64,000 bases of DNA from Ophelia neglecta (Eukaryota): assembly GCA_965285935.1 (NCBI GenBank), contig OZ260662.1:110298001-110362000 (forward strand), in the 5' to 3' direction. The stretch's first letter is position 1. Each line of letters starts with the position of its first letter. Of this stretch, positions 47,577 through 59,340 are shown in pieces. Under the pieces are notes generated by a model, which did no database searches, had not been told where the DNA came from, and was given only the letters and a program-made list of their open reading frames with translations. The translations under genes were made by a program, and so were the position numbers.

Positions 47577-48409
47577 CTATTCGTTATAAAAAAAACCAAT
47601 GTGGAAATTCTAGTATAGTAATTGCTAAATACGCCTTCTTTGTGCAGCTTTTACTAATTGAAGGTATTAGTAGTTCGCCATCCCTGCAATAACTACTGCA
47701 AAGTACAAGGTCTTATAACAAAAGGAATAATTGCGATTTTTCCAAATGAATTGATCTTAAGATATCATAAGCCATCCAATCTAATTTGTGTTTATATTAA
47801 TGAAAGTTCGAAGAAATCAATGTGTAATATGTCTTAAAGCTTTTAAATACGTCATGTGCCTCGGTGGTCTGTTTCTATGAAAACGATCTTGTGCATTAAA
47901 GGCCTGCTTTAAATGCGTTAGGTTATCTTCAAACTTTCTCATATGTGAGATTTCATGAAGGTTAATTAATATTGTTATTTCACTCTTCAAAGAAAATTGA
48001 ATTAGAATACTGATCTGAAATTTCAGTCAGGATAGTTCCTGCTGTGAATTGTGTCTGAATCAGACTAAACAAAAACATAATCAATAACGTCACAGGAGTG
48101 GGATAAGTGTTGTTATCATGGGAATGCAATTGTTGATTATAATTATATTAGAGAAGGTTGCTGCTTAAGTATGACTTTCACATTGTAACAAGTCGACAAA
48201 TTGTAATCCCCGCAAAAAAGAAAAGCGCCTTTACCACCTCCAGCAGTTTTGTTTGATTAATGTTTAAATTCAGATTAGAAGACTTGTGCATGAGCTAAAT
48301 GTTCATTTTTCAACGGTCAATAAAATATCTTTATTTGTTATAACATCAATCACCAAACTTTGATTAAAATCAAGTTGTTGTATCGAGAGTTCCAATTCAA
48401 ATTTCTTAC

Positions 48410-48535
48410 CAATGAGACTGAATGTTCAGGATAGTCAAAAGTATCTGATTTTACAACCTGCCTCGCCAGAACAATCACTTCCTCTACTGTAAAACCCTGA
48501 GAATTCCTTATCAATTCTATCTCATTATCTTGTAG
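48410..48535 (-). CDS. Putative 42-codon exon LQDNEIELIRNSQGF...HSVSL, product unknown
   Basis: AACAG| acceptor, TTG|GTAAGA donor, open phase 0-0. Confidence 0.35.
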
Positions 48536-49961
48536 CTGTTCAATCACAGGCGTATATAAAAGAAATTTGGTGAGTGACATGAATGGGGCATAAGATGAAG
48601 GTAATTGTTTCTAGTAGCTCTATTGGGTGCAATTGACAGCTTATCCAGTCGTTGCAAGGCAAAACCCCAATAACTGTGAATCTATGTATCTCCACTGCAC
48701 TCATACTGAAAAAACATACAGGAACGAAGCAAGTGCAAAAAAAGCAGAACATGTACCATGGGTTTTTAACATGTATATATTTACTTACATTTATATATAT
48801 TTATATATATTCACACTACATTTAATGTGACTGGATAAAAAAAAAGCTGAGGTGAGTCTGTTTTATTCTAGATCATCTCAAAACGATTTTGGTTATATAT
48901 CCCTTCCTATTTTGATATCGACAGTGTCAATATAATGACAATTTATATGTTTATGAGAGCACCAGTCATAACTGGATTATATGACAAAACTGACAGCGAC
49001 TCATTCACCTACAACCCTTCCAATACTACATTTAGGGTTACAAATTCTATGAATTGCATGACTGAAAATATAATGTGTGCATTGCAACGCGAAGGCAGTA
49101 AGAAAATTATATCGTGCGATCGAAGTACTCACTCAGGTAAAGATTAACATATTGCAAAATGTGCCGGTAATTTAAATATAATTTGATTTCTACCATGCAT
49201 TTAACAAGATTTAAGATTTGTCTCTCTATTCCATGTCCTGCTCCAATATTAACTTTAAATGGTGGCATTAAAAATGGTACACTTTACTCGACTCGAGTGG
49301 GATAGATCCCGAAGTAAATTCTTCAAACATTTCAATATTTATCACTGTCTATATCTAGTTACCTGCATAATATTGGGCTTGAGCCCAGGATGTACTTGCT
49401 AGTATATTTAGCAAATTAGGCAAGTGTACTACTTAACAGCTGTGAGTGAATTTGCTTAACAATATTGAGCATCACTAAAAGCCTCAGGCCTGCGATCAGA
49501 TTTGTCGAAGGAGAATACCCAGGATATACTATCAAACGCATGGGAGAATATTCCTTTCTGGAAATTTTCAAGTGTTAAAATTAGGCTGCATTTTGTATAA
49601 TCTTTGGTCAAACATGTGCTCCGATTGAAAATATTCAAATATCCTGGGATGAACATATTCCCCACTGAAATCCCCATTAAGTCTTGGGAGGGGGAGGGGG
49701 GAAGCAGTGCATGGTAGAAATTCGAGTATTAGACACGTAGCTTATACACCCGTTCAGGCTTGGTGTAAATATGATAGCCACCCCTCAATTATAACAATAT
49801 TATGAATCTTATCCGTTAACCTTTGCCCAAACATTCATCCTTTTCATTTTACTTAATGAATATAGTTACTGGCACTAGTCCGTTTTCTTACCTTTTGAAA
49901 ATCGGACCATGAAAACTGATATATAAGCATTTGAATTTTCACCAAAAGGTTCTGTCACCAA

Positions 49962-50012
49962 GGGGGTTTGAAACCAGGATGTGGCAGGCGAACGTTCTAC
50001 CCAGTACACTAC
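49962..50012 (-). repeat. Degenerate tRNA-derived (SINE-head-like) sequence
   Basis: A-box-like GTAGTGTACTGGG and B-box-like GGTTTCAAACC on the minus strand; no full cloverleaf. Confidence 0.25.
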
Positions 50013-50279
50013 GACTTTCATGTCGATAGTACGCCACAGATGGCGACACATCTGCTGTACAGCGTGTTGGCTAGCATGTAAACTTTCTAAGTGGTGCCGT
50101 GACCTTCACATTGAAAGAAGGTCAACCAAAAGTTGGGCAATTGGGGGCATGGACCAAGGCTACATTTTTCCAATATTTGATCAATATCAACCAGTAGTTT
50201 TTCATGAAGCTTCCCTATAGCCATACGCACACACGCGCATACACACAGGCACATAGACACTACAAAAACAAAACCTTTG

Positions 50280-50760
50280 CTTGCCCGAGCAAAGGTAGTT
50301 CTACGTCACAACTATCTTGTCACATGACAGGGAATTCCATGGGTTAACCTAGCTGCCGCACTTTATGCCAAGCCTTGGACGTGGAATAGAAGCTAAGCCT
50401 ACCAGGATACTTGTGATTGCAACCTTACATAATGGCAGCAGGAAGATTCAAAGGGCCAAAGACTCAGGCACTGAGACTGCAGAGGAGTCGCAGATGATAC
50501 AACAAATAGATGACCCGCTCAAAGGGCTTGGTCCTCAAAAAGATACCACAGGTATCTCCATGCAAAATATGCAGGAATCTATGGCCATGCTCTCTAACCA
50601 CACGGGTATTATGGGGACGGATTGGACGAGCATAGCCTCACAGGGGCAACTTCCAGGCCAAAACCATGGAAAGAGGAAGGCCCATGTGTCGGACTCTGAA
50701 GAGTCTGATGGAGCACTTTCCAGTGCAAACGAGCTGTTCCTTCATGAAGCCACATGCTCG
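50280..50760 (+). mobile_element. Possible 5' fragment of a DIRS1-type element (terminal sequence + gag-like ORF start)
   Basis: GCCCGAGCAAAGGTAGTTCTACGTCACA...CACATGACAGGGAATTCCATGG resembles DIRS termini as I recall them; followed by a low-complexity ORF with KRKAHVSDSEESDG. Confidence 0.35.
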
Positions 50761-51385
50761 GGTACAGTATGTATTCTCTATATCTATGGTTGTACGTTAT
50801 TATTGCCCGCATATCAAACCATAGGCCGCAGCCAACCCCGCGGCAAGCATGCAGCGGCGCACCGCCCGACAGCTAGCAAACAAGACCCCGAATACTAGGG
50901 AGACCCATCAGTGGGGCGCACCACCCGCCGACACGCAATACACCGCCGCCCGCCTGCCACCGAAGCAGACCAACGCCCGCGCATCTAACACAGAAATATT
51001 GACACATTACTCTCATTGAGAGGTTCACCACCAAGGACATGCACACACACACACGCATCGATGACAAATATAAATGCAACTATAGCCATATAATATATGC
51101 AGCCATAAAACAGCTAAGAATTCCGACACACAGCAATCTGCCAGCCTAAAGTCAGGTTGCCATTCATTTAAGACAGCATTCTTGATATGGGTAGAATAGC
51201 CTCCCATGCTCTGTGTGAGAACCTTCTCCTCTATCAATACCGAGGTTTCGTTTAATATCGAGATGATTATGTTTCTGATACACTTGTTTGCAAAATGATG
51301 TTTACTTTGTTCAATATAGAACTTCACCTTATGTCGTATATAATGATTGTGGATGTCACTGTCTAAACGAAAGGCAGCCATGTTT
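50760..51385 (-). mobile_element. 3' end of a Crack/Daphne-like (L2/CR1 group) LINE
   Basis: IHNHYIRH...KCIRN...QSMGGYSTHIKN.VL...ADCCV resembles the C-terminus of these LINEs; followed by a GC-rich 3' UTR. Confidence 0.5.
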
Positions 51386-53945
51386 CAATGTGGTGTCATA
51401 GGCCTTTTCCTTATCGAAGAAAATTACAATGTAGTGCTCGCCCCTTACAAAGGCTTGTCTTTTATAGAGGTTTTGAGCCGAACTAGATGATCTATGGTGC
51501 TCCTGCCCCTCCTGAACCCAGATTGGTACACCGTTAACAACTTGTTGGTTTCGAGGAACCAGACAAGTCTGTCGTTGATGATCCTCTCCATGATCTTGCA
51601 GAGACAGCTGGTGAGAGCTATGGGACGGTAGTTGGTACTTTCAGTGGCATCTTTTCCTATTGCTTTTTTCCACGAAGGTGGGAATGTTTGGAGGGAACTA
51701 GGGGGGAGATGTTTAAGGAATTGGTAGTGGATTTGATCCGGACCAGGGGCCGAATCGTGGGTTTTAGATAAAGAGCTCTGAAGTTCACGGACTGTTATTG
51801 ATCTATTGTAAGGCATGTCTTGTTTGGTGTGGAAGTTGAGTGGGTTTTTTCTTGTATTCTTTTATGTTGTTGAAATGAGTGGGTATAATTTTGAGAAGAG
51901 GAGTTTCGGGTGAAACTCTCTCCGAGGCAGTTTGCTATGTCAATAGTTTCGGTAATTGTTGAGTTATTGTGTGTGAGGTGGATTATTATTTGACTCACTC
52001 CTTTGCCACTGATTTTCCGAACTACGTCCCAGGTCTTTTTCAAAGAAGAGTGATGGTTCAGCTGGGACACGTAGTTTTGCCAGCTGCTCTTCTTTGCCAC
52101 AGGATTTTAAAAGAGTCCAAATTTGCCTGGATGGGATGACGTCTAAAACGTCTTAGGGCCTTTTGTCCTTCTTTTATAGCTGCTCTGCATTCTTCATTAA
52201 ACCATGGTTTGGATCGTTTTTTGGTGTACCACTGGACCTCGGGATGCACTCAGCAGCAATGTCATGGACAATGGTGGTGAATGCATCCATCGGATCCTCA
52301 GCACGTTGGAACGTCTCTGGAACAATCCTTTCTTCACAGAGAGTGGTGAATTTACTCCAGTCCGCTCTGCGCAGTTTCCACTGCGGGACCCCTTCTTTTG
52401 GCCTGGTTGGTTGGTGGTCAACCACACCGGGAAATGGTCACTGCCACAGAGGTCGGGCTGAACGGTCCAATTCAAGTCTAGGAGATGGGAAGGGTCACAG
52501 AGAGATACATCTATTGATGTCTGTGCCCCGTTTCCCGGGTGCAGGAAGGTAGGACCACCTGAGTTTAAAATACATAAATTATTTAAATGTATGAAGTCCT
52601 CTAGACGTCTTCCCTTGTCGTCTGTCGTGTCTCCTCCCCATAGTGGTATAAGAAAGCCCATTTTATTTATAGGTATATGTAACCTACCATTTGCAATTAT
52701 ACTTTGTCTTTGAATTAATGAAATTAATTAAATCGTAGGGGAGGTGAATTATAAGAAAGATGAAATTCAAGATTAATCATGTACAGCACATCCCTGTATC
52801 TTCCATATTAAAACACCCCCCATATATATTGTATGTATCTAAATACTCCGGTGCTGAGACCAAAGGCTTCTCCATAAATAAATCTAAAATATCTCTAGGG
52901 GTACAACGACATCAGTGACTAGAATGTGTTCTAATAATAATCAAGCTCTCCTCCTACTGATGTTGCCCGGGAGATCAGACCCCGCTATTATTGGTAGGAA
53001 CACACCAACGTCATCCGACAACAACCTTCTCCCTGCCCAACCAATTAAGGCGAAAATCAAAACATACCCCATAGCAAAATATAACCGCTCCCCTAGTTAT
53101 ATGAGAAGCCACGGTCTTGTAAAGCACCAGGAGAGAGACAACCACCGGGAAGAATAAACTTTGCTAATACGCTAGAAACCTCCAGGTAAGAACTTATGTT
53201 ATATGTTTAATATCAAACAATATAAGACCGAATTGTCTTATAGTGGGTTGTGGGCATTAAAGTCGCCGAGGAGAACGACAGGACTTGGGAGTTGGTCCAG
53301 GAGAGACTGTAGATCATCCATGTTTAATAGTTTTGAAGGGGGGCAATAAATGGTACAAATAGTGATTGTTTTATGTAGTGTAACCCTGATTGCAACCGCC
53401 CGCATGTTGGTGTTCAGGGTTACTTGGCTCTGAGGACTGCGATTTTGGACTAATATAGAAACCCCAACACAAGCTCTGCCATCAATAGTTGGGTTTTGTT
53501 GGTCGTCATCAGAGTCATCATGTTTTTGTCTTTTTTTGGAGGTGGTTGTGATTGGGGGATCCATGTAGCACATGGGTTTTAATGCATGCGGGCACCACCC
53601 TTACTTCTTTGAGCCCAACTAAGGGACACCGTCTGGGGATCGCTCCAGTCACAGACAAATGTCAGTGCTACGCATCCATATACGTCCAGATCAGCACCAA
53701 CTATGTCGGTAACTGGTCCAGACTAATGTGTCAGGCTGAACACCGCCTCCTGTCTAGGGGGAAATAAGGGCCGAAGTGGTGTGTTGCCGCTAAACACCGC
53801 AGTGATTAGGTAAGCTCAACCACCAGGATCCCGTCTTCCCCCCAACACAGGTCGCATCCCACGGCAAACAGGACGCCCCTTTTAGTCGCCTTTTACGACA
53901 CGCAGAGGTACGTCGGGCCTATTCTTTCCCCAATTTACAGGAGGA
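51385..53945 (-). mobile_element. I-group (Nimb-like) LINE, degenerate, with internal deletion and a nested insertion
   Basis: EN motifs IYCPP, LGDFNAHNPLWG, SIDVSLC, GSDHFP; RT N-half APGPDQIHY, NYRPIALTSCLCKIMER, QSGFRRGRSTIDHL, FFD.EKAYD; 5' UTR 53560-53945. Confidence 0.85.
52647..53239. mobile_element. Unclassified ~0.6-kb insertion splitting the LINE endonuclease
   Basis: ATAGTGG duplicated at 52640-52646 and 53240-53246; removing the insert restores HNPL-WGG. Confidence 0.7.
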
Positions 53946-54128
53946 TCCCAACAATGCGCTTTGCATCATTCAGACAGAAGTACCATGAGCTGTTGAAGAC
54001 TACAGGGCAAATTATGTACCCAGATTCGTAGTAACTGCAGCCGGGCGGTGCACTGTTTGTCTGGGGAGAAATTGCCATCATGCATTCTCAGGCATATGGT
54101 TATACGAAATCAGGTTAATATAACTTAC

Positions 54129-54196
54129 CATTGTTAGTGAGGCACATGTTTGCATTCATCAAACTGCGAAATGTCAGGGTTTCTTCATCTCTATAC
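54129..54196 (-). CDS. Putative exon YRDEETLTFRSLMNANMCLTNN (ricin-type beta-trefoil-like)
   Basis: CAATCAG| acceptor, consensus G|GTAAGT donor, open phase 2 to 1. Confidence 0.4.
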
Positions 54197-56370
54197 CTGA
54201 TTGCACAATTAAGAAAAGCTCACATGAGTCAAGGTTATGCAAGGTGTACTCAGTATTTTAATGTATATAACAATTTAAGTAAAGTCACGTCGTATCCCAC
54301 ATATATAATATAACAGACACAATGCTATGTTTGAAATTCTAGAAGTCTAATGTCATCATGAAAATCTTTGTTATGAGAAATAACCATACGTTATCAATAC
54401 AACATTATGGGGCACACGCTAGTTACAAGTTTCAATACTGTTGGTATATTTGCTTTCGAAAGTCATAACTACCATAGATTGGGTGCGTGGCGCCCTCTGT
54501 GTGTAACAACTCCTTGTGCAATTCCTCCATATCCCCCTTCTTTACCCAAAACCAAATCACCCAGATGGCTTTTTATGAAGAAGAAGACACGTTTCTAAAG
54601 AAATATAGAAGCGATTTAACTTAGGTATAAATATAACAACGGAAAAGAATAGTGCTGCAGGAAAACTGACAAAATAGTCAGTTCGGCGTGTGTGCTACAT
54701 TTTTGGTCCAGCCTTTTATAATTACTCTGTCCTACATGTCCATACTTGGGACTATATATTACTAAATTTAGAATAAAAAAATTACAAATAACACCATGCG
54801 TTTTAGAACACCTATCAAACGATGTGTGCATTTTTATAAATACCAAACTTCGTAATAGGACAACAAGACCTCCACCTACGAAGTGACCAATATAATCAAA
54901 CCGACAAAAAGGACAACCTTCAGCAGCCAAGGTGACACTTAAACTTGCTATCACTACAATAAGTGACTTCCTCTTTGCCCAAAATACGAGAGTGGATACC
55001 CGACCAAGGAAGGAAATTATTAATCAAGAAAATTCCATTAAATTTGTCCGAAATAATCTGGAACCAGCAGTCTCGGGCCAACTTATACAAATCCCAAGGA
55101 AAATGAGCGAATACCTGGCTGACTGTGCAATATCATTCAAGCATTTGGGTTCGCAATAAAGCAGGATCCGTTAGCTGCAGGCCCACAAAAACCAATCCTT
55201 ATGGAGAAGGATCGAGAACAATCGAGGCTGTGACGGGAGCAAAGATAAATATATCATATTAGTATCTCTCTCATAATAATGATACTATAGACGAATTTAT
55301 CTCGAAATGCTTGGATGAGTGTATAAGATCCCTGTACACTAAAGACGAAAGGGGTATTACATCTTCTCGATAGTGTTATACAATGTAAAATATGTAACGC
55401 TTTTATGCTTTTATATTGGCTCAACATGCTCATCTGCAACATGAGATGTTGCATACAGCATGTAACGCCGCTTAATGCTTCTACATCAGCTAAAACCACT
55501 TTATACTATTATAGTATATTTCGCCACTTATAGCGCATGAACAGATCTGGCTAAATGGATCAAACTAATACGCATTGTAATGAACCCTTGACATATGACA
55601 TAATATGAGATTTCAAAGGAAAACTAGTATGCCAGGGAGTCACGGCAGAAAAGCTGTGTTATAAGCTGTGGTGGGTTTGTGTAGTAGGGGAGGGGGGTGA
55701 AGGGAGAGTACAAAGACGGAGGGGGGAGGCAAGATTAAGGAGGTAGGGGAAATTTGTTCATATTGCAGACCAAAGTACGAAACACATTTCATGTTTGCAG
55801 TTATTGTTGTACAACGTGCAAACATTGTTTGTAGGTTTATGTGATGACTGGGTAAAACGGAGAGAATGAGCCAGATCGAGAAACTCATCAAAAAACTGTA
55901 CATTTGTTTTCGCCAATTTGTCAATAGAATAATATATAAATTGAATATAAAAAAAGATGGACTCTTATCTAAAGTTCCAACAAAGTAATACCTGTATCAT
56001 CGACATGGATGATATGGCTAATATAACGAAAAAGCATGTGACAAAATTTAGAAAACAAGGAGCGGCAGACAAATTAAAAACCAGGAATCACATGAACAGT
56101 GATCACAGTGATCAGGAATCACATGAACCCTTAGATTCCAGTCCACACTGACCATCTCCAGTTACACAATTAAAATAAAAAATGTATCAAATGAAGTTAA
56201 ATAAATAATTAGATGTGACAGTTTAAGTAATGCGGGGTAATCACAATTTTCATTCATCTGAGTAAAAAACCAAAACACACGAGTCAATGGTCAGGGTGCG
56301 GTAAATTATGCGCTAGGAGAATCAAGAAGACTTGAATGGTAAAGTCGTGATACAAAATGAACAAACGCAC

Positions 56371-56399
56371 CTTTTGATCTTCCAACTTCTTCTTTAAAT
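56371..56399 (-). CDS. Putative 29-nt micro-exon (N)LKKKLEDQK continuing the coiled coil
   Basis: TTGCTTTTAACAG| acceptor, AAG|GTGCGT donor; phase-compatible with exon 57033-57515. Confidence 0.5.
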
Positions 56400-57032
56400 C
56401 TGTTAAAAGCAATAATTGATTCCATTTGATAAAAATGTTACATGCACAATGAGGCCAATACGATTTAGCAGAAAACATAAACGTCCTCTTTATTTATCGA
56501 CACACAAACAGTTTCTTCACTGTCTGGAATTCTTAGAAACCACATTTAATTAATGCTATCTATGGGCTATTATCATGAACGCTTGAATATTGTATCCAGA
56601 AGTACGAGGTAGACACGATATATTTTTTAGAAAGTTACGCAAAAGTTTCACAGCATGGTTAGTACATAGTACCCGATTGCGGTAATTGGCATATATTTTA
56701 GTACGCATCTAATGTTAATAAGAAGAAGGCTACGTTTGAAAGAATATTTTTATAGATACGCGAACGACGATACTATGTATCAAATTAAAATCCTTTGGAA
56801 ACTTCTAGTATTAAAATTACTTTATCTAAACAATTTAGCACCATTTCCTACATATATTTCGGTTAGAGTCAATAATTTATTTACCTCAATTTTGATTTAA
56901 AATGGACAAATAACAAAGTGGTGGGCCGAGTAGTAAGTTAGACCGCTTTCTGAGAAATAGGGGAGGTTGAATTAATTATGATTTTTTTAACATGTTTGTT
57001 CCAGGAAAGTAATGAAAATATATTTTACTTAC

Positions 57033-57515
57033 TGCGTTGCTCAGTCTCGGCAGCTTTCTTATCCTTCTCTGCAGCATTTTTCCCCTCAAAAGCAGCTCTC
57101 TTATCCTTCTCTGCAGCATTTTTCCCCTCAAAAGCAGCTCTCATATCCTTCTCTGCAGCATTTTTCGCCACCACAGCTGCAATAATATCCTTATCGGCAG
57201 CTATCTTCGCTTTCTCTGCAGCGTATTGCGCCTCCATGGCAGCAAGCATTTTCTTATCAGCATCTGCCTTCGCCTTTTCTGCGGCAGTTTTTGCCTCAAC
57301 AGCTGCTATCCTATCCTTGTCGGCAGCTATCATCGCCTTCTCTGCAGCATTTTTCGCCTCCACAGCAGCTTCTTTATCCTTTTCGGCAGCTGCTTTTGCC
57401 TTATCTGCATCTTGTTTTGCCTCTTCGGCAAGTTTCAACTTTGTCATGGCATGTTCTGCCTTCTCTATGGCCTCATTCTGCTTTTTCTTAGCATCTTCGG
57501 CAATCTTTCGTTGTT
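57033..57515 (-). CDS. Exon encoding an Ala/Lys/Glu-rich heptad-repeat coiled coil (AAEKDKxAAxEAKN repeats)
   Basis: TTTAATTTAAAG| acceptor, A|GTAAGT donor, phase 1-1, 161 codons; 21/42/63-bp internal repeats keep frame. Confidence 0.75.
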
Positions 57516-59189
57516 CTTTAAATTAAAGCAATACTATTAATATGATCATTATTATTGTATATGAACCTCCTAATATTATGAAAGATCTGCTCATTTGCTA
57601 GTGTACTGCAAGTAACAAGTAGGGGCCGATATTAGGAATTATCAAGTACTGACAACACACATGATCTTGTTAAAAAATACTTTACATAAGTTGTGTAGGC
57701 AATGGCAACTACAGCAACCAGCATCGCGCTTGGTGCTATTAGTAAACACATGATTTTGTCTGCTAAATATGCACTTTTATGTCCATGATATTGGGCATAC
57801 TAGGGCAAGGTATATCTGGAAATTACAAATGCCACACATAAAACACAATTGGGCGTACTTGCAGTTAACGTCCATTTCATAGCCACACACAAGAGGTACA
57901 CACATGCATATATACATTGTAATATGTTGTAACAAGATCCCATATATCGTGAAATAAGAGGTACCAACCATTTGACATGATGGTGGTGGAGAACATCTTA
58001 AAACACTAATTTATTACACATATTTGCCAAAAGAGGTTTCAGACAATCAGGAGTAAACTGTTTTTTTTTTGTTTTTTTTTTTGCAGTAATGCGACATGCA
58101 ACAGTAGGCATTTGCCAAAATAGTATTCTTTCTTGTTTCACCGACCAGACGAGAAATATAATAGGGTGTTGGGCTGGGTTCATTGGGAGATGAGTGGGTC
58201 GTGGAGGAGGGGGTGGGGTGGGCTGGTTTGGTGGGGGGAGGCCCTTGTTTCTCAATTATATCAACCCCTTCCACCACCTGCCCATCCCCGCCCCCCGTGT
58301 AGGGCATTCGATACCTGGAATATTTTTTTCTAAGGAGAACTCATAACCCACCGACATATGACCATGAGGATAAATCCCAATACTATGTGACACTTGGACA
58401 TGAATTACAATGGATAGGCTATAGAACGGTATGGTCTACAAGTTCAATGGTGTTTGCAGATTTGACCTAAGTGTACGCTTTCTAGGTCAAATCGCTTAAA
58501 TCAAGATTTTAGGAGATTGAACCTAAAGCAATATTGGAAACTAATAGGAAATTATACCTAGCTCATCTTAACGAGTTCGCACATTTGACCTTGGTGTCCA
58601 TTTTTCAACGTCAAATCACTAAAGCATGATATCTACTGAGTGTATCTTTTACTTTATTTAGTCACGGTCTGCCAAACCCTTGGCAGTCATGTTCCCTGGA
58701 TAAATGCACTACTTTTCTAGCTTTCTATGACCTTGGGCTCTTAGTTTTCTTTTATATTCAATATCCTCGTCTAATCAATGCGTGTATTTCTTTTGCGCAG
58801 CATACATTTTTCCAAGTTTTCGAACCAGTGATATCATTCAATAATGATTCTGATGTGATCTTATGCTCATTTCATCTAAAAAGTAGTGTAGTACTCAGTT
58901 GCCTCGTACCATTAAGAATACTGTAACGGTTATAATGTTCACGTTTTGCTTTGCAAAAATGAAACTCCCCATGCTATTAATTTTCGGGGCAAGACATATA
59001 ACGGTCCTATATTTTATCATACACTTTATTCGGATATTTGCAAGTTTTAATTTCCCGACAGAGTGGTTTTTCAATAACTTTGCAAATTAAAACCTGCATG
59101 AAAACTTTTACCACTATACACAGGAACAATTGTGCCTTCCATAATACGAATTTATTTGCCTAAACATGATTTACAATTATTCGTCTTCC

Positions 59190-59340
59190 CCCAGCAGGCA
59201 CATAACAACAAATAAATGTTGAAACAACGTCGAAAATTGATTGATGGGTTGGTCAACATCATTCCAACGTTAATGCAATGTTTACCTTCTAACAATGATT
59301 TTTGGTTAACATCTGACGTTGAAATGTAGTAGAAATATCG
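59190..59340 (+). mobile_element. CMC/EnSpm-like non-autonomous element, left end only
   Basis: CCCAGCAGGCACA terminus followed by degenerate AACGTT-type subterminal repeats; matching right end not found. Confidence 0.3.

Noticed and set aside
47970-48295. Two more possible exons that would bridge 48410 and 47576
   Set aside because: Both need weak GTGAAA donors and give no recognisable protein; frame compatibility could be chance
56978-57526. 182-aa hydrophobic + strand ORF (SAAFF repeats) as a membrane protein
   Set aside because: Antisense shadow of the minus-strand coiled-coil exon, which has proper splice sites
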